A stretch of DNA of 64,000 bases, from positions 103,788,001-103,852,000 of the forward strand of contig NC_058377.1 in assembly GCF_018350175.1 (NCBI RefSeq), given 5' to 3'. Shown piece after piece: positions 36,760 to 48,635 of this stretch. Below the pieces are notes generated by a model, which was not told the DNA's origin, searched no databases, and worked only from the letters and a program-made list of their open reading frames with translations. A program made the translations under genes and the position numbers. Within the stretch, counting starts at the first letter, position 1; each line of letters starts with the position of its first letter. Source of the stretch: Felis catus (lineage: Eukaryota).

Positions 36760-37695
36760 ATGGAGTTGGGAAATAGCACAAGGGTAAAAGAATTTATATT
36801 TATGGGACTTACTCAGTCCCAAAACCTGAGTTTGGTCCTATTTCTTTCTTTGTGCTTGGTATACATGACAACTCTTCTGGGAAACCTCCTCATCATGGTC
36901 ACTGTGACCTGCGAGTCCCGCCTTCACACGCCCATGTACTTCCTGCTCCGCAATCTCTCCGTCTTGGACATCTGCTTCTCCTCCATCACCGCTCCCAAGG
37001 TCCTCGTAGACCTCCTGTCAAGGACGAAGACCATCTCCTTCAATGGTTGCATCACTCAGATCTTCTTCTTCCACCTCCTCGGGGGGGCAGATATTTTTTC
37101 TCTCTCTGTCATGGCCTTCGACCGCTACATGGCCATCTCCAAGCCCCTGCACTACGTGACCATCATGAGCAGAGGGCGATGCACTGCCCTCATCGTGGCC
37201 TCCTGGGTGGGGGGCTTTGTCCACTCCATCGTGCAGATTTCCCTGTTGCTGCCCCTCCCATTCTGTGGACCCAATGTTGTTGATGGCTTCTACTGTGACG
37301 TCCCCCAGGTCCTCAAACTTGCCTGTACAGACACCTTTGTACTTGAACTCCTGATGATTTCCAACAATGGCTTAGTCACTACCCTGTGGTTTATTTTCCT
37401 GCTTGCATCCTACACAGTCATCTTGACAATGCTAAGGTCTCAGGGAGGGGAGGGAAGGAGGAAAGCCATCTCCACCTGCACCTCCCACATCACTGTGGTG
37501 ACCCTGCACTTTGTGCCCTGCATCTACGTCTATGCCCGGCCCTTCACTGCCCTCCCCACAGATAAAGCCATCTCTGTCACCTTCACTGTCATCTCCCCGC
37601 TGCTGAACCCCTTGATCTACACGCTGAGGAACCAGGAGATGAAGTCAGCCATGAGGAGACTGAAGAGAAGACTCATGCCTTCTGACAGGGAATAG
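36760..37695 (+). CDS. OR4D11: Olfactory receptor 4D11 ortholog, 311 aa, intact but mosaic
   Basis: N-terminus [23 protein letters not shown] and TM5 [11 protein letters not shown] match recalled human OR4D11. Middle and 3' end are shared with paralogs in this window. Confidence 0.8.
   Translation: MELGNSTRVKEFIFMGLTQSQNLSLVLFLSLCLVYMTTLLGNLLIMVTVTCESRLHTPMYFLLRNLSVLDICFSSITAPKVLVDLLSRTKTISFNGCITQIFFFHLLGGADIFSLSVMAFDRYMAISKPLHYVTIMSRGRCTALIVASWVGGFVHSIVQISLLLPLPFCGPNVVDGFYCDVPQVLKLACTDTFVLELLMISNNGLVTTLWFIFLLASYTVILTMLRSQGGEGRRKAISTCTSHITVVTLHFVPCIYVYARPFTALPTDKAISVTFTVISPLLNPLIYTLRNQEMKSAMRRLKRRLMPSDRE
36891..37319 (+). repeat. Homogenised OR core shared with 14296-14724 and 61206-61634
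   Basis: About 4-6 differences per pair over about 430 bp by eye, including silent sites. Confidence 0.95.
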
Positions 37696-37919
37696 ACAGG
37701 TAGCTCACTCCTTCTCAGCACCCTTGAAAACATTTGTCCATGAAATAAACTGCTATTTATTCAAGGATTTCTGATTAACTTTTAGATTTCTTCTAAGACC
37801 CAGAGGACTTTCAAAGATTCTGCTCAGCATGCAATAATAATGACAAAATCTGGGTTTCATGTTACAAAAGAAATCAAATTGTTAGCCAGAGAGGTACATG
37901 TTGTTTTTGCAATACAACC
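37456..37919 (+). repeat. Near-identical copy of 28320-28789 (OR4D10 3' CDS plus 3' flank)
   Basis: Direct alignment shows only a few substitutions and two small indels. Confidence 0.95.
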
Positions 37920-37964
37920 ATGAGGAGACTGAGGAGAAGACTCATGCCTTTTGTAATGGAATAG
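37920..37964 (+). pseudogene. Orphan OR C-terminal fragment MRRLRRRLMPFVME*
   Basis: atgaggagactgaggagaagactcatgccttttgtaatggaatag aligns without gaps to the last 15 codons of OR4D11 (37651-37695). Confidence 0.9.
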
Positions 37965-40900
37965 TATAAGTATCTCCAACCTCTTCATCACCAAGGACTC
38001 CTTTCATTATTTTTTCCATAAAGTCATATTTATGTAACCAAATACGTTGTCAATAAACCAACTATACTTACTAGATAGCAATTTATTTTCCTATTTAATA
38101 GGTTACTGATAACTTAAGTTTCTGGTGAGCATGCAGATAACTAGTATTATAGGACTGAGCTGATTGATGTGTTTCTATTCAAGGACAACTATATGGCAAG
38201 TAAAGACACAGATTGAATCTAACACCTTTTTCAGCAGGCAAGTTAATAGAAGTCTAAGTATGAGTGATTTGCTCAAAATCTTATATCAAGTGAATTGCAG
38301 AGAAAAGTCTTCAGATACCTAATCTATTGTCCTTCTGCCATAAGAAGGCAATGTGTTACATTACCAGAACTGTCTACACCAAACTGCAATCCTGTTCTAA
38401 GAAAGATCTTATGATCCGTGCTCCGGTAGTACACATATATGGGTGCATATGTCCTATCACAGATTAGGGAATTTTCTCACCTTAAACTCCACATGGGGAT
38501 GTGACCACTGAGAACCTCAAGTAGTACGTAATGGTTGTCCTACTGGATTCCTATCAGGAATGAAGAAACTTGGGCCTAAAAGGATTTATCACATGCAGAG
38601 CCAGACAAGCCAGATGCACATTCTCATGATAAGTTTAGGCAAAAGCAGAACCTCAGGAATCTTATACGAAGAGCAACCCATTCTCATTATTTAAGAACCA
38701 ATTCCAGTCTCATTGGCTTCACTATTAAGGATTTACATTCTTCCCACCAAAGAGGAAGAGAGGAGGTGTTCAAGAAAGTAAAATTCTAATCAGTCTGTTT
38801 TTCAATCTGTTGATGTTTGGGGAAATGTGGTATAGGCTAGTTTTTTATCTGGGAGAGCATGGGAAAGACATAAAGTAAAAAAGTAAAGCCTTGTGACCTG
38901 GATCCAGATCCTGTCTCTGCCATCTACCAGCTGTGTGACCTTGAGCAAGTTATTTTATCTCTCTTCAGGTCATAGTTCATTTATGCAAAGATATTTATAA
39001 TGTCCATTTCATGGAGTCATTGATATAGTTAAAAGGAAATGATATACGTGAAACACACAATGCCCAGCAGATAGTAAATGTTCAGTGCAAGACAAATGTC
39101 ATTTTCAATATCACCCTTACTGCTCTGCCTAACACACATTCGGTCCCCCATGAGCCTATTGCACTCTTCTCCAATATGGCCCGTATTCCTCATTATCAAG
39201 GAAAAAAACCTGATGGGATAAAAAGCAAAGTAATGTACACTGAATTCAAAGCATCTATCATCTTAAAATTTCTAGTGTTCTGTCATTAAAATATGACAAT
39301 AGATTTGCTTGCTATTCATTCACATCAAAGAGACATCCTATAGCTGATGAGATACAGCACAGGAGAGTTTCATACCAAAAGAATAATGAGTCAAAGATAA
39401 ACCCTAGCTGTGAAGGTGATATAAGGCGTCAGATAAAAAAGTCAGACAGACTCAGTAGGCTAGAAGAGAGCCCAAGTAAAGTTAGCCAAAGGGTAGTGAG
39501 TATTGGGGATGAACTTCAGTTATATCTGTCATTGGATCTGGGCTGGCCTCATAATCATTCATCAACTGACTGGCTCAATCATTTGCCATTCCTGTCACTT
39601 GATCAATCAATTCCAACTTTTTACAGTATTAACCTACTTCCTCTAGCATGAAAATTCTAAGAATAATTCACACTTAAGTCACCATTCATAGAGTCCTGCC
39701 ACATTACTTGTATAGCTTTGGTCTCGAGTCCTTAGGCTTTTCTTTATGAAATTGTCTATAAAAAATGCACACCACAAGCCACTTTATGATCCATTTCATG
39801 CAAATATGTCCTATCCTTTCCTTCGTATCTCATATTTTTACTGCTATGTCAGAACTGGATGGCACCGAAGATATATGGGGTGTGAATCATTGTATCACTG
39901 GAGCATAATCCCAAAGGTCGAGAACCCAGAAACCGCTTCCACACCATGGCTCCCGACACTTCCTCAACCATCTCTAAATAAACATACAACATAACCTGAT
40001 CAATAATTCAGGGGAAGGGAAAAGCAATACATCTTATTACACAAACATACATCATTTATATGGATGACATAAAATCACAACATGGATGGGCTGCATTTTT
40101 TTCCATTTAAATAAGATTTTATTATTTTTGCAGTTCTGCTGTTAACTGCCATAGGAAATTTAACGACTCTGGGTATACGTAGAGCTTTCGAATTACCCTT
40201 TCCTGCATTACTCCCTGAATCAAACGTTTTAATGATAAACATCTCTGGGTACCTGTGAACCCAATAACATAAAATAACTTCAAAATAATTAAATTGATGA
40301 ATATCAAGAACTGTCACTGTGCTACGCTCCTAGGTCCTAAGTGAACTGTAGATTTCAGAGATGTAGTAGATTAAGGTAATTGCAGAGGGACAATGTACCT
40401 ATTGCATTAAACAGAAATTGCACAGATAAATCTACACTGTCCAGTCTCTGAGAGCTGCCCTATCAGTAGCCACAGAGCTTTAATTTTTTCCATTGGTACT
40501 CTTTTACTTAAGTTTCATTTCCCAGCTGATTGCAAGCAAATAGATTTTGGTCAGGAGGAAGACTGCACAGTTCCTTGTGGGGATGGTGTCGTTGAACACA
40601 ACTTTTCTTCTTGAGCCAAGGGGGATAATGCACTGTCTCATATACTTCCTCCAGAGAAAAGCTTGTGTCCTGAATGTGCATTGGGACCTCTGCATTATGT
40701 GTGAGATGGGGCAGAGAGGAGATGAGGGAGTCCCATAGGAACTCCGCTGAATTGGCCACTCAGCTTCCCTGCATATACCCAACAGTATTCCCTTTGCTCA
40801 TTCCTATATTTGGCTTGTGGCTGAGGGACTAATTGAGATGGCCGAGGCACTATAGGGCAAAGTGGAGGAGTCAGTTGGATGTGATTCCCTGAAGCTTCCT

Positions 40901-41680
40901 TTTCCCACCTACAGAAAGAAAGTAACAAAATCACTAACCTTGAGGTTGGCTTTCCATTAAACACAGTATTTCCCCAGGACGTACTTCCTGTCAGATGCAG
41001 CCGGAGCTTCATAAGAAGATCAATTTCCCATTTGGAGACTGAAGTTGGATAGTATTGGTATGTGTGAATCTTCTGAAACTGGAAAGCTGTTAGTGTTGAT
41101 TTTTCAGAAATGCCACAAGTGTATAGAATGTTTCTATTGAAACCATAACTCAAATCAAGCAAATAAAAGTGGTGGTTTTTCACAAAAGGGGAAGTAAGGA
41201 TTACAGAATACAAGAAGGTCAGTTGGCTTCAGGGATGTGATATATTCTACTTGGTGAGATGTCGAGATTCAAAGTGCTTTGAAAGTGAGATGGTGCTAAT
41301 ATCCCAGCTCTCAGGAGGGTGACTGCCTTGGAAAAATACACCAAGACAACAATTCCTGAATTTAGTATATGTTTCTTGGCTGGGAATGGAAGTGTGGGGG
41401 CTTTGAGTAAGGTGTTTTAATGGTTAGCTTGTTTATCTGTGCCCTTATGTGCTGATGAGCATGAATCATGCTCCTAAAATTTTTAGGGATTCAATTAAGG
41501 ATAGAGGCCTTTCAATATTGGGAAAGAGAAAACTGTGACATGAGAAATTCCACTCCATGTAGAGAATGTGCAGCATTTGCTCAGTGGGAAGCTGGGATGT
41601 GAGGGTAGCCCTCAGGCTGTAGCTCTGTCCAGGCTTGACAAGCTTGTTTCCAAAGGATGAGGTCTCCTTGGGGTGATTTC

Positions 41681-41886
41681 TTTTTAATGTTTATTTATTT
41701 TTGAGAGAGAGGAAGAGCATGAGTGGGAGAGGGGCAGAGAGAGAGATGGAGACACAGAATCTGAAGCAGGCTGCAGGATCCAAGCTGTTAGCACAGAGCC
41801 CAATGCAGGGCTCGAACTCACGAACTATGAGATCATGACCTGAGCCGAAGTCAGATGCTTCACCAGCAGAGCCACCCAGGTGCCCC
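41681..41886 (-). mobile_element. Can-SINE
   Basis: TSD gtgattt. Confidence 0.9.
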
Positions 41887-42765
41887 ACTTTGGGAGTGAT
41901 TTTTAAGAAATTCTTATGATCTGTATTTTGACCTTGCAAAGACACATAAGATTGTATTTCTTTGTCCATTTCCCCCTCACCCTCACTATCATGCATGTGT
42001 TTTGATGCAACATGCACAATATACTTTCAAAGTAGCTTTCCTACTCTTTGTAAAAAGATAGCGTCCATAGGAACCCAGCAGATCCATTATATCCAAGAGG
42101 AGTTTATATTTAAAGTAATGCTACTCAGATCTCATTTCTGCGCCCTGCACTGGAGCACTGCGTGTGGTACCTTGATGAAGGTACCTCTGAAGACTGCAAA
42201 GCCTGCTCTTTCGAACTCTGCTTTCCTTTTTTTGTTCAGTCACTCTGACATCCTCTCACAGGAGAGGATGTGCAGTCTCCTAACACTCGCATACTACTTT
42301 CCCTTGATAGGAAAAGATTATTTTTTTCTCTGCGTCGTTTTCTGGGACAGGCTGATCAACACTGGGAAGAAGTACAGGTGCAGTAGTTAAGAGCATCTGT
42401 CTTTGCAATAAGACAAATCTTAGTTTGAGACAAGGCTCTGCCAGCTGTGAGACCTTGAGCAAGACCTTTCTGCGCCTCAGTGTCCTCATCAACAAAATCA
42501 AAATAATAACTATTTCATCTGGATATTACAGGTTCTGGAAGAGATAAAGTGAAACAGTTGGTATAGCACATAAGAAACACTCCATAAATGTTCACTAAAA
42601 GCAGGAAAAAAATTAGCAGAGCAGAGCTCCATTATCCTGCCCATATTTACATAAGGCTGAGACTTTGAAAGTTGCATGGACCCTCTCCACCACCACTACC
42701 ACCCTCCCCTGCCTGCCGGGCCTGATAGCCTGATGACTGCCTTTCGAACTGAGGATTATAGTTCA

Positions 42766-42964
42766 TTTTCTTTCTTTCTTTTTTAATTTGGGAGAGAGAG
42801 AGAGAGCACACGAGTGGGGGAGAGGGGCAGAGGGAGAGAGAGAATCCCAAAAAGGCTCCATGCTCAGCACAGAGCCCAACACAGACCTGGATCTCAAGAC
42901 CCTGGGATCATGACCTGAGCCAAAATCAAGAGTCGGATGCTCAACCAAGCCACCCAGGCGCCCC
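42766..42964 (-). mobile_element. Can-SINE
   Basis: TSD tatagttc. Confidence 0.88.
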
Positions 42965-43216
42965 TATAGTTCTTTTTATATCTGAAGACTTTTTATGACT
43001 ATACCTATATTTATGACTGCATACAAAAATAAGTTTATTGGTGTTTATAAGCAGATATGTGATACAACACTCTGAATTTTTTTTTGGACATATGCTTAGC
43101 TCAAATCCCTAAGCAGAAAAGAAAACTATTGCTAAAGGAGAGATTGCATTTTTCATTTACCCCAAAGTGTTGGGAAGAGAGCTTTGAACCATAGGGGTCA
43201 ATAGCAAGATGAGCCG

Positions 43217-43416
43217 CGCCCCTGGGTGGCTCAGTGGGTTAAGCATCCGACTTCGGCCCAGGTCATGATCTCATGGTTCGTGAGTTCAAGCCCCGCGTCA
43301 AGCTCTGTGCTGACAGCCTGGAGCCTGCTTCAGATTCTGTGTCTCCCTCTCTCTCTGCCCCTCCCTAGCTCATGCTCGCTCTCTCTCTGTGTCAAAAATA
43401 AATAAACTTAAAAAAA
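43217..43416 (+). mobile_element. Can-SINE
   Basis: TSD aatagcaagatgagcc. Confidence 0.92.
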
Positions 43417-43954
43417 AATAGCAAGATGAGCCACTCTCAGACAAGCCCCCACAGATGGACCCGGCAGGTATAAGGCAGAAGCACTCAGCTGAGGCTGGTG
43501 ACACTGAGGCATCACTGGCAGAATCAGCTTCCTAAGTACCTTTCAGTTTCCAAGACAACCTCACCTCCTCCTTAGAAGGATCCTGTGTATGAGGTAGGTC
43601 TCGTTTATCATCATGGTACAGATAAATTATAATGGCGTAGGCCGAAAACTACGTCTAAGCCATGCCCTGTGAATCTCATGAGTTTGGTACTATTAGTAAC
43701 TTGCCAAAGGTCACACCAGCTAGGAAGTGATAAAACCCAAATTGCCTAAGTGTTCCAGATGATCCTCGCACGTGTATCCCAAATGCGAGTGTGGGATGAT
43801 ACTGTCCAGCAGAAGTCCCAGACAGGGTTTACAAACATTACATACCTAAATGGAAATGGTTTTTGTGTATGTCCCTCATGATTCTGTACACCCCCCCCCC
43901 CACTTTTCTTTCCACTGATTCCACAAGCTACAACACTTTTACTGTTCTAACTTC

Positions 43955-44161
43955 TTTTTGTAATGTTTATTTATTTATTTTGAGAGGGAGGTCATGGGGG
44001 GTGTGGTGGGGACAAAAGAGAGGGAGAGAGAGAATCCCAAGCAGGCTCCGTGCTGTCAGCACAGAGCCCAACTTGGGGCTCGATCTCATAAACCGTGAGA
44101 TCGTGACCTGAGCCAAAATCAAGAGTCGGACACTTAACCAAATGAGGCACCCAGGTGCCCC
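43955..44161 (-). mobile_element. Can-SINE
   Basis: Antisense consensus. Confidence 0.87.
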
Positions 44162-44188
44162 ATAAACTTCTTAAAGAAAGGACCAATA

Positions 44189-44385
44189 GGGGCACCTGGG
44201 TGGCTCCATGGATAAGCTTTCAACTCTTGATTTCGGCTCAGGTCATGATCTCACAGTTCAGCTCATGGGATGGAGCCCTGCATCGGGCTGTGTGCTGACA
44301 GCACAGAACCTGCTTGGGATTCTGTGGGATCTGTGGGAATCCAGAGAGAGGGATTCTCCCTCTCTCTGCCCCTCTCCCACTTGCA

Positions 44386-44433
<48 letters not shown>

Positions 44434-44463
44434 ATAAGTAAATAAGCATTAAAAGAAAAAAAA
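44189..44463 (+). mobile_element. Can-SINE
   Basis: Consensus match with small internal duplications. Confidence 0.87.
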
Positions 44464-44526
44464 GGAAGGAAGGAAGGACAGATTTTTGAGTCACCTTTCC
44501 CTCTAAAAGATCATCTCAACATCATC

Positions 44527-45245
44527 ATAATGGTTAATTTTATGTATCAACTTGATGGGCCGCAGGGTGCCCAGATTAAACATTTCTGGGTGTGTCTGTG
44601 AGAGTGTTTCCAGATGAGGTTAATTTTTTTAAAAATTTTTAAGGTTTTATTTATTTTTGAGAGACACACAGAGCATGAACGGGGGAGGGACAGAGAGGGA
44701 GAGGGAGACACAGAATCCGAAGCAGGCTCCAGACTCCGAGCTGTCAGCACAGAGCCCAATGTGGGGCTTGAACCATTGAACCATGAGATCATGACTTGAG
44801 CCAAAGTCGGATGCTTAACCAACTGAGCCACTCAGGTGCCCCTGATGAGGTTAAGTTTTGAATTGATGGACTCAGTAGAGCAGATGAATTGCCCTTCCCA
44901 ACTAAGGCAGATGTCATTCAATCCTTTGGTGGCCTGAACAGTTTAACAGAAGTTAGAGAAAGGAGAAACTTGCCCCCTCTCTCCTGCCTCACTGCTTGAG
45001 TTGGAACATGTCATTTCATCTCATCATTTATACCACTGGTTCCCAGGTTCTCAGGCCAACAGACTAAGACTGAATTACACAAACAGCTTTCCTGCATGTG
45101 TAGCTTATAGACAACAGATTGTGGGACTTCTCAGCCTCCATAATCGTGCAAGCCAATTTTTCATAATAATTCCCCCTTTACGTAAATATATATAAGCACA
45201 TACATGTGCATCATACATACATTGTCACAGTGGTTTCCTGAACAG
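44527..45245 (+). mobile_element. MLT2 (ERVL) LTR with inserted SINE
   Basis: atggttaattttatgtatcaacttga and gtgggacttctcagcctccataatcgtg are MLT2 hallmarks. Confidence 0.8.
44624..44842 (-). mobile_element. Can-SINE inside MLT2
   Basis: TSD gatgaggttaa. Confidence 0.9.
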
Positions 45246-45741
45246 AAGATCTGCAACCTGTTAACCTATTCGAGGATTCAAAAGCAAGATTCTGGAGTGG
45301 GTGGCTGTCATCCTTTCTACACTCCAGGTTGATCAGACTCCTTTTGGAATGATTTCTCCACCTTCTAGCCATGGTACGTAATAGTGCAGGGGATTCTTAA
45401 TTCTGGGATCCTGGAGTCCTGAAATCTACCACAATCATTATTCTAAACATCTATTCTTGTCACTCCATGTCGTTACATAAACCTCCAACACAGGGAGACT
45501 GAGATGAATCTGAACAAATGATATTGGAATGAGGAGGGAGCTCTTTATCTTATTTTTTGTGTGTGTGAGCAAAAAGTATATTACCATGAGGAGCAGTGGT
45601 CACTTAAGGATTTTTTTTCCTACGATTAGAAGAGCAAAACAAAAGAAGAAATCCAAAAATTAAAAACCAGAGTCAGAGAAAGAACAAGCGGGCATCCTGC
45701 ATAACACAAGGATTTGGGATGATCTGAAGTCCCTGAGTGAT

Positions 45742-45906
45742 GGGTACCTGGGTGGCTCAGTCAGTTAAGCATCCAACTTCAACCCAAGTCATGATCTCAT
45801 GGTTTGGGAGTTCAAGCCCTGCATCAGGCTCTGCACTGACAGCTCCTGTCTCCCTCTTTCTCTGCCCCCTCCCCTGCTCATGTGTTCTCTCTACCAAAAA
45901 TAAAAT
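45742..45906 (+). mobile_element. Can-SINE
   Basis: TSD aagtccct.agtga. Confidence 0.85.
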
Positions 45907-46059
45907 AAGTCCCTAAGTGAGAGGAAAATAAGAAGGCAACTCTCAGGTTGCCTTTTAACTATAAAAGTAGCCATTATGAAAGTGAGTAATCCATCAACTC
46001 TCACTTGAAACGAAATTCATTCTTTAGACATGAGATTAAAATGTTACAATCGCTATATG

Positions 46060-46965
46060 CTTATTATTTTTTACATTTTACGGAAGTATAACGTACATAC
46101 ATACAGGAAAATGTCCGTGAATGCACGGTTCAATGAATTTTCACACGTGCTGAAAACGCCTTTATAACAATCACCCTGATCGAGAAACAGAACATCTTCA
46201 GCACCTCGGAAATCTCCCTCATGTTTCCTTTAACTTTGTATATGTTTGTCCTTTATATGGACGTACTAAGAGAGTGTACATTCCTTTGTGCCTGGGTTAT
46301 TTGGCTCAACGTTATAAACATAATGAGGTTCATTTATACCATTACACATAGTGTAGCTCATCCCCACTGATGAACAATACTGTGTGGATTTGACCCAGTG
46401 TATCTTTTCTACTGGTGATGGGTATTTTTTGTCATTCTCCAGTTTGAAGCAATTACACACAGCGCTATGAGCATATGTTATATTTCCTAGGAGTGGAATA
46501 GATGTTCTAATGTATATATTTCCATCCTAACTGATACATGCACAGCATTAGCCGCTATAACCCAACAGCAATTTGACTGCACAAGTTTCATACACCTTCC
46601 AGCAGTGTATGTATGTACATTCCAGTTGATATACATCTTCACCATCATGTGGTATTTCTCATCATCTTCAATTTAGCCATGTTTGTGTGTATGCAGTAGT
46701 TCCTTCCTGTAATTTTAATTTACATTTCCCTGGTAACTAATGGCATTGAACTGGCATTTGGATGTTCTATTTTGTACAGTTTTGGTTGGTGTTTTTTGCC
46801 ATTTTCTGATTCAGTCATCATCTTTTTCTTTGACTGATTTGTAGAAGTTTTTTAATATATTCTGCACATGAATATTTATTCAGATATATATATTGTAAAC
46901 ATCTGGTCCCATTTGTGGGTTATCTTTTAATTCTTGTAATATCTTTTGTGACCAAAATTCTTCAC
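46060..46965 (-). mobile_element. Old L1 3' region (L1MC/ME-like), antisense
   Basis: caatgaattttcac, cctaggagtggaat, ccagcagtgtatg, ttttaatttacatttccctg. Confidence 0.7.
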
Positions 46966-47295
46966 AGAGTCGAATTTACGCTTATTATTATTTTCAGTTT
47001 CAGATTATATGGTAAAAGTACAATTGAATAAGTTCACAGACCCGTCACCTGTATTTCAGTGACCACAGTGATAAAACCTATCTGCTTGGATGATGGAGTC
47101 AAAAACACAGGTAATCCTCCACCTACTGGTGGCATGCTGAATTGCAGGCACAGCTCATGCATTGCAAGAGCTTCCTCCTAAGGCAAACACCAACACTCAA
47201 GTGCCAGAAAAGAAAACAAGAGATTATATAACACACTCTTTAACTGCTCTGTTATTTCTTCCAAAGATATACTTGAAAAAAGGATCTGTGACCCA

Positions 47296-48232
47296 ATGGA
47301 TCAGGGAAACTACACCAGAGTGAAAGAATTTATTTTCCTGGGAATTACTCAGTCTCAAGAGCTGAGCTGGGTCTTGTTTGGCTTCTTGTTTTTGGTGTAC
47401 ATGACAACTCTGCTGGGAAACCTCCTCATCATGGTCACTGTGACCTGTGAGTCTCACCTTCACACCCCCATGTACTTCCTGCTCCGCAATCTCTCTGTGC
47501 TTGACATCTGCTTCTCCTCCATCACTGCTCCCAAGGTCCTAGTTGATCTTCTGTCAGAGAAAAAAAACCATTTCCTTCCATGGCTGTGTCACCCAAATGT
47601 TCTTCTTCCATCTTCTTGGAGGAGCAGATGTTTTTTCTCTCTCTGTGATGGCCTTTGATCGCTATGTAGCCATCTCAAGACCCCTTCACTATATGACTAT
47701 CATGAGTAAGGGACGATGTACTAGCCTGGTGCTGGCCTCCTGGGTGGGGGGCTTTGTCCACTCCATCGTGCAGATTTCTCTGTTGCTGCCCCTCCCCTTC
47801 TGTGGACCCAATGTTCTTGACACGTTCTACTGCGATGTTCCCCAGGTCCTCAAACTCGCCTGCACCGACACCTTCACTCTAGAGCTCCTGATGATTTCCA
47901 ATAACGGACTGGTCAGTTGGTTGATTTTCTTCTTTCTCCTCATATCTTACACAGTCATCCTGATGATGCTGAGGTCTCATGCAGGGGAGGGAAGGAGGAA
48001 AGCCATCTCCACCTGCACCTCCCACATCACCGTGGTAACCCTGCACTTTGTGCCCTGCATCTATGTCTACGCCCGGCCCTTCACTGCCCTCCCCACAGAT
48101 ACTGCCATCTCTGTCACCTTCACCGTCATCTCCCCTTTGCTCAATCCTATGATCTACACACTGAGGAATCAGGAAATGAAGTCAGCCATGGGGAGACTAA
48201 AAAAACGACTAGGGCATTCAGAAAGGATTTAA
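47296..48232 (+). pseudogene. OR4D9: OR4D9 ortholog with a single +1 frameshift (recent pseudogene or sequencing error)
   Basis: [17 protein letters not shown] and [10 protein letters not shown] match recalled OR4D9. Span is 937 bp against 936 in the paralogs. A8 run at 47560-47567 where A7 restores the frame; ORFs 47296-47658 and 47543-48232 join there. Confidence 0.88.
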
Positions 48233-48577
48233 ATTCTATGAGAATGAGATAGCACCGAAATGTAAAAGTAGACATTAAATTTCACTTTCTCAAAATGGGA
48301 AGAGATCACTTTAATGCCAAAAACAAAAGGGCATCTATGGATATCATGGAGTCCTCAAAGAGGTTGGTCCTATAGTATAGTGTGTGCTGAGGACTTACAG
48401 GTGACACTGCTTTAAGCTGAGGTTCACTCATGACTTCCATTGCTCACTTTCAATTATTCATTCTGCAAATATCTCACAGAACATGCACCGTGTGCCTGAC
48501 AGTACTAGGATTCAGATTGCTGCAGAAAGATTAAATATAGTCACTTTCCGAGAGCCATACCCCAAGATGCTCTAATG

Positions 48578-48635
48578 AAGAAATGTTGTAGGCACTTTAC
48601 CTGAGAGCTTCAAAAGATGTTTTACAGTGAGTAGA
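48578..48635 (+). repeat. 58-bp direct repeat, second copy at 49426-49483
   Basis: 56 of 58 bases identical. Confidence 0.95.

Noticed and set aside
40695-42390. 172-aa and 142-aa ORFs in unique sequence
   Set aside because: Non-ATG starts, no recognisable domain or coding bias.
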